The position numbers were made by a program, and so were the translations under genes. From the NCBI GenBank assembly GCA_900540385.1, contig UQFY01000001.1:11344-75343 (forward strand): a DNA stretch of 64,000 nucleotides, read 5' to 3'. The notes under the pieces were generated by a model. That model was not told the DNA's origin, made no database searches, and worked only from the letters and a program-made list of their open reading frames with translations. This document shows, piece by piece, positions 59,230 to 64,000 of the stretch; the stretch's first letter is position 1, and each line of letters starts with the position of its first letter. Source of the stretch: an uncultured Mollicutes bacterium. GTDB taxonomy: Bacteria; Bacillota_I; Bacilli_A; RFN20; CAG-826.

Positions 59230-61445
59230 AAAAGAAGAAAGCATCGAAGATATTCCTGATTCTCCTCATCGTGTTCTGGATTTCCTATCTCCTTGGTCTT
59301 GTTCTCTCTTGCCTAGTGCATAAGGGATTCGAACCCCGTTGCCTTATCTCCAGGGAGACGATGGGATTCACAGCACTGTTCCTTCTTCTGTCTTTGGTGG
59401 CAGTCCTTCTATACGCCTACAACCATTGGTGGATCTTCCGCTCGAAGAAGATCATGGAAGGGAAGGACAGCGACCTCCATTTCTCCGCCAACCTCGAGGA
59501 AGCGAGATTCCAGAGCGAGGAAGAGATGAACAAGAATTACGGAACCTATGATTTCGAAAAGCTCAAGGACAGGGAAATCACTGGAGCCATCATCAAGGCA
59601 AAGGAGGTAGACGGAAAACTGAAGGTAACCTTCGCAAAACCCGCCCATACGTTGGTCATAGGGACTACGGGCTCTGGGAAGACCGCTACCTTCGTCAACC
59701 CTTCCATCCAGATCCTAAGCGAGCTGAAGAACCATCCGTCGATGCTCATCAGCGACCCCAAAGGAGAGCTCTATCAGTCCAATGCCAAAGCGCTGAGGAA
59801 CAAAGGATATGAGGTCAAAGTCCTTGATCTAAGAAATCCGTACAACTCCGTGAGATGGAATCCGTTGGAAAGACCTTATCTGCTCCACCAGAGAGCAATG
59901 GGGCTCGAGAAGGAAATCACAACGGACGAGGAGCAGGGTTGCTACTTCTTCGAAGGCAACCAGTATTGGTCTAAGGAAGAAGTGGACTGCGCCATCCAGG
60001 TGAGAAGACAGCAGCTCAACGACCAGGTCTACGAAGACTTGAACGACATCTGTGCCGTCCTTTGTCCGGTGACGAACAAGGAGGAGCCCATGTGGGAATC
60101 CGGAGCCCAGCACCTGATTCTGGCGATTGCCCTGGCCATGCTCGAGGATTCTGGCGACCCGAAGCTAGGGATGACGAAGGAAAAATACAACTTCTATTCC
60201 ATCATGAAGGTGGCAACTTCTACGGAGGACGAGTGCAAGGAGCTCATCGACTACTTCCACAATAGAAGCCCTCTTTCGAAATCTTCTTCCCTTTCTAAGC
60301 AGGTCATGGATTCCTCAGACAAGACCAGAGGCTCCTATCTTTCTTCCACGTTCGACAAGATATCGATGTTCTCGGATTTGTCGTTATGTGCATTGACCTC
60401 GTCAAACGAAATAGAGTTCGGCTCCATGGGAGAGAAGCCCATCGCACTGTTCTTGCAGATACCGGATGAGAAGGAGACAAGACATACCCTTGCATCCATG
60501 GTGATACTCCAGGCCTACAAGGAACTTGTGAACAAAGCAAACAGCTATCCTTCTTTGTCTCTTCCAAGACCCGTCTACTTCCTTCTCGATGAGTTCGGAA
60601 ACCTCCCGAAGATCCATAAGCTCGAGCAGATGGTGACGGTCGGAAGAAGCCGCAACATCTGGCTTGACCTCGTCATACAGAGCTATTCCCAGCTTTCGAA
60701 GGTCTACGACGAGAAATCCGCCGACATCATCAAGAGCAACTGCAACATCCAGGTCTGGATAGGATCGACCGATTTGAAAAGCGCCGAGGAGTTCTCCAAG
60801 AGATGCGGGAACTATTCCATCGTCCAGAGAAGCGTCGGATACCAGAGTGCGAAAGCCGATGACATCAGTTCGAACTCCAGCGTGAAGGAAAGACCTCTTA
60901 TCTATCCTAGCGAGCTTCAGACTCTGAACAATCCTCGGGACATGGGCCATGCCATCGTGACCGTGTTCGGCTACCAGCCGATAAGAAGCACGTTCACGCC
61001 TTGCTTCCAGGTTCCCCAGTTCGATATGGAGAAGATCGATCAGAAGCTTGAAAAAGGACGCTTTTTCGACGAGAAGAACGCCTATTACGACATGAAGAAC
61101 AGAAACAGGATCGTGATGGAAAACCGAGGGAAGAAAACCTCTGCCGTCTCCGATCTGCCGAAGAACAGCAACGAGCAATACCGCACCAAGCTCATCCTGG
61201 AGCAGATCCTGAAGAAGGCGGAAGACGGGATAGATGGAATCCTGGATGACGCTGATTCGGCTTCCTTGGCCGATGCCATCCAAAGACATGACACCCAAGG
61301 TTCCGTCGCTCTTATAGAGAAGGCGGAGAAGAAGGCAAGAAGCAAAGGGAAACTGAGCAACCTGGAGATATTGGAAGACGTAAAAGGCCGGATCATCTCC
61401 TTCTTCGCAGAAGAGGAGAGGCCGCCGATGAACAGAAAAAGCTGA
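59226..61445 (+). CDS. type IV secretion coupling protein (VirD4/TraG/TcpA-like)
   Basis: Two N-terminal TM helices; Walker A LVIGTTGSGKTATFV; Walker B-like VYFLLDEFGN; ATGA overlap with relaxase stop. Confidence 0.85.
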   Translation: MKKKKASKIFLILLIVFWISYLLGLVLSCLVHKGFEPRCLISRETMGFTALFLLLSLVAVLLYAYNHWWIFRSKKIMEGKDSDLHFSANLEEARFQSEEEMNKNYGTYDFEKLKDREITGAIIKAKEVDGKLKVTFAKPAHTLVIGTTGSGKTATFVNPSIQILSELKNHPSMLISDPKGELYQSNAKALRNKGYEVKVLDLRNPYNSVRWNPLERPYLLHQRAMGLEKEITTDEEQGCYFFEGNQYWSKEEVDCAIQVRRQQLNDQVYEDLNDICAVLCPVTNKEEPMWESGAQHLILAIALAMLEDSGDPKLGMTKEKYNFYSIMKVATSTEDECKELIDYFHNRSPLSKSSSLSKQVMDSSDKTRGSYLSSTFDKISMFSDLSLCALTSSNEIEFGSMGEKPIALFLQIPDEKETRHTLASMVILQAYKELVNKANSYPSLSLPRPVYFLLDEFGNLPKIHKLEQMVTVGRSRNIWLDLVIQSYSQLSKVYDEKSADIIKSNCNIQVWIGSTDLKSAEEFSKRCGNYSIVQRSVGYQSAKADDISSNSSVKERPLIYPSELQTLNNPRDMGHAIVTVFGYQPIRSTFTPCFQVPQFDMEKIDQKLEKGRFFDEKNAYYDMKNRNRIVMENRGKKTSAVSDLPKNSNEQYRTKLILEQILKKAEDGIDGILDDADSASLADAIQRHDTQGSVALIEKAEKKARSKGKLSNLEILEDVKGRIISFFAEEERPPMNRKS

Positions 61446-61458
61446 AGGAGGAAAAAGA

Positions 61459-64000
61459 TTTGAACAGAAAGAAGACGAAATACCTGCCGCTTGTCCTTAT
61501 GCCTGCAATCCTTGCGGGATGCGGCAAAGCACAGGCACCATTGGTTCTGAATGGGGCAGAGTTGCCTTATAAGGTGAATTCCGCTTTGAGAGAAGGCATT
61601 GCCAGAAGCAGCTACCAGAGAACCGGATACCCATCTTTTTACGGGAAGGAGACGCACAAGCAGACCGTAGAGGTGCCATTGTTAGGAAATGTTCCCGATA
61701 TAGGGGACGAATCCGTATACGACGACTCCGGAATCAAGTTCTACTGCAGCGGGACCTCGACTAACGTCGGTTCCACGAACAGCATTGTATTAGGAAAGAC
61801 CGGAGTCTACATCGACTTCACCGATGCCGAGATGAGCTATCCCTATACCGTCAAGAAGCACATCGACTTCGTCAAATCCCAGCAGGGGAATGAGTCCGTC
61901 AAGCTTCCCTTGCTCCGCCATTTCCGCCTGGAAATCCTCAATTCCTACGGAAGCAAGGCCTTCTTTGTCGACATGAAGACCGTGGAGCAGGATACCTACG
62001 ACAAGTTCGTCGTGAACAAGAACGGAACAAGCACGACGGTCACGGACGAAAACGGAATCGACCCAATGACATTAGGGAAGATCAGCGCTTCCCTCTACAA
62101 CGGCTCCTACACCATCAAGCTTACGACCGAATACGTGTGGATCTACGCCGAAGGGACTCCAATCAACACCATGGGGACGGTGTGCGGCTCCTCGTCCTTG
62201 ACCGGCACGCTGCTCATCGACTCCATCGCTCCGACTCTGACAGCACTCAAGACAAGCGACAAGTCCTACGTCAAGGACGGAAGCTACGTGGATTCCAACG
62301 TCAAGGTCGTTTCCAACGACGCCAACCATGGCTACATCTATTTCAAGAAGCCGGATGGATCAAACCGGAGCACGACTTTGGACAGCTTCACGACCGACAC
62401 CGATGGACAGTATGAGGCTTATTCCGTGGACCAAGCCGGGAACCAATCTCCGGTCCTCCGCTTCTACGTCGACACCAAGGCGCCTAACGGAAAGCTCTTT
62501 GCCAACGGCAAGGAAATCGGCAGCGGAAGCTACGTGGACACAAGCTTTTCCTATGTTGCCTCCGATACAGGAAGCGGAATCAGGGAATGCTATTACAAGT
62601 CTCCGGTCTCGAATTCCTTCGTCCAGTACTCCTCCGGTTCCATCATTCCGAACAGCAGCGAGGAAGGCTGGTATGAGTTCTATTCCGTCGACAAGGCAGG
62701 AAACGAATCCAGCCACAGCAAGGTCTATCTTGAGACAACGAAACCTGTCGTCTCTATCCTCCGAAACGGAAAGGAAGTCTATTCCGACACCATCGTGAGC
62801 TCTGGAAATATCGATACCGGCCTCTATTTCAACGAAGGCGACAGCGTGCAGTTCAAATACCAATCCACAAGCGGGGTCCACACCGGAGGTGCCTTCTCAT
62901 CCGGGACGAAGTATTTCCTGAAGAAAAGCGCCTACCCTGACGACACCTATCGGAACACCATCGTCACCGCCACCGGTACCAAGGTCACCTATCAGTTCGA
63001 CATCGTGAGAGAAAAGCCTTATCTGACAATCGGAGGTGAGCGCTACGAGGATGGGGCCGTCATCCGCTTTGCAGAGGATCAGGATGCCCTCTTCGGAATC
63101 GACTCCGTCATCGATTCCGGGAAGAACGAAGCCGAAATCTCCTTTGACGGCTCGATTATCACCAAAGACATCCTCAGGGGAAAGGGAACTCTCCTTTCCG
63201 CAGAAGACGGAGAGGAAAAGGCGTATGGAATCACCTTGAAGGACGCAGCCGGGAATTCCTCTTCCTTCACCGTCATCATCGACAAGGAAGGTTCGAAGGG
63301 GCAGTGGATGCATGATGAAGCAATCATCGAGGACGGAAGCTATGTCAACCATCCTGTCTCCTTCGTCTATTCCGAGGATGGGACCATTGCCACCATCTCC
63401 AAGGACGGAGAGGAAACAAAGAGCTACGTTAGCGGAACGGAAATCAGACAGGACGGCTCCTATACCATCGTTCTTAAGGATTCCGTGGGGAACACATCCC
63501 TGTTCCATATCGTCATCGACACCGTTCCTCCGAAAGGGACTGTCTACGTCGATGGAAAGCCATCGGAGAGCGGAACCGTCACTTCAGAGAAGATCTACTT
63601 CACCTGGGACGGAGACGACACCTGTCTTGTGAATGGGGAAGAGTACTCAAAGAACACCCTTATCGACGAACAAGGGATTTATGAGTTCGTTCTCTCTGAC
63701 AAGGCGGGGAACAAGACTGCTTATACCGCAGAGATCGACAGAACCGCACCTTGCTTCAACAAGGATTTCCTGGAAAACAAAGGCAATGACGACCTCGCCG
63801 TAAGCAAGTGGTACAGAGTCTCTTTCAGTGGAACCGAGAAGGACTTCAAAGACAAAGCGGATGCCTTGGATTATGCCAAAGGGCTCGAAAGAGAGGCGAA
63901 TGTCAAAGAGCATCAGCTCGATGACGTATCGAAGCTCCCGTCTCAGGGCCAGATTGCCGACAACGGGGATCCGGAGAACCATGACGATGAGGTTAGAACC
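61459..64000 (+). CDS. large surface lipoprotein with repeated Ig-like domains, 5' part only (runs off window end)
   Basis: TTG 61459 after SD gaaggagga (or in-frame ATG 61498); lipobox LAGCG; open frame to window end with recurring units such as VDQAGNQSPVLRFYVDTKAPNG, VDKAGNESSHSKVYLETTKPVV, KDSVGNTSLFHIVIDTVPPKG; not in ORF track because no stop in window. Confidence 0.7.

Larger units (their letters stand above)
56570..64000. mobile_element. partial conjugative/mobilizable element module (regulator, MobC, relaxase, coupling protein, surface cargo); left boundary approximate at the compositional shift
   Basis: Abrupt rise in GC at ~56.6 kb; gene content below. Confidence 0.5.

Noticed and set aside
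59339-63982. Numerous overlapping ORFs in the GC-rich right-hand region (e.g. 59409..59648-, 60304..60567-, 60402..61298-, 61085..61657-, 62072..63982 series)
   Set aside because: High GC lowers stop-codon frequency in off-frames. All overlap the relaxase/T4CP/lipoprotein frames that carry real motifs.
1-64000. Mollicute-type genetic code (TGA = Trp)
   Set aside because: TGG Trp codons are frequent inside clearly conserved domains and long ORFs terminate at TGA with sensible C-termini (e.g. feoB, MobC/relaxase ATGA overlaps), so standard code 11 fits.

Overview
This 64-kb window is AT-rich over about the first 56.5 kb and reads like a Firmicutes-type chromosome using the standard genetic code (TGG Trp codons are common and ORFs are long). 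From about 56.6 kb on, it switches to a noticeably GC-richer segment that looks like part of a conjugative or mobilizable element.

Left to right:
- **1-4.8 kb, left-edge restriction-modification/defence cluster.** On the minus strand sit a PLD-nuclease+helicase fusion that runs off the window, a ParB-like nuclease-domain protein, a small restriction-endonuclease-like ORF, and a cytosine-5 DNA methyltransferase. The methyltransferase carries a (CT)8 dinucleotide repeat in its 5' coding region.
- **5.4-9.2 kb, surface lipoproteins.** One has a Listeria-Bacteroides repeat. A second ends in a clear copy of EF-Tu domains 2 and 3 but has no GTPase domain.
- **9.5-15.5 kb, SGNH hydrolase and glycosylation trio.** The trio is a GT-C-like membrane protein, a GtrB/CsbB-like GT2, and a YfhO-like membrane protein.
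- **15.5-17.3 kb, repeat-bracketed gene.** An AlbA_2/Schlafen-type ATP-binding wHTH gene is exactly bracketed by two roughly 105-bp direct repeats made of helically phased TCTAGA motifs.
- **17.3-20 kb, ferrous-iron uptake.** feoA-feoB plus a coupled small membrane ORF.
- **20.5-28.7 kb, mixed genes.** Three paralogous COG1373 (AAA + DUF4143) ATPase genes and one fragment are scattered through the window, each intact gene with its own short palindromic motif in flanking copies; two lie in this interval and the third at 42.4-43.7 kb. MscS, a large membrane-anchored protein and an orphan DinJ/RelB antitoxin also sit here.
- **29.4-56.6 kb, defence island.** It is built as cassettes separated by copies of a GC-rich repeat whose minus-strand end is a tRNA-like T-arm/acceptor/CCA followed by a terminator hairpin. 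The repeat copies are two identical full copies of about 400 bp and two partial copies.
  - **Cassette 1** carries an ASCH-PIN-GNAT-like fusion and a stand-alone ASCH protein.
  - **Cassette 2** carries an SF1 helicase, an AbiH-like protein, a truncated XRE ORF and a metallophosphoesterase.
  - **Cassette 3** carries a GmrSD-like type IV enzyme and a COG1373 ATPase in a composition-shifted patch.
  - **Cassette 4** carries a KAP NTPase and a DUF4177-like ORF.
  - **Operon** at 46.6-56.5 kb is a tightly packed roughly 10-kb, 7-gene minus-strand operon that I consider the best candidate for an undescribed composite defence system.
- **56.6-64 kb, partial conjugative/mobilizable element.** A sigma-70 region-4-like regulator, MobC, a MOBP-type relaxase, a VirD4-like coupling protein and a giant Ig-repeat lipoprotein that runs off the window end.

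No CRISPR array, rRNA or canonical tRNA gene was recognised by eye.
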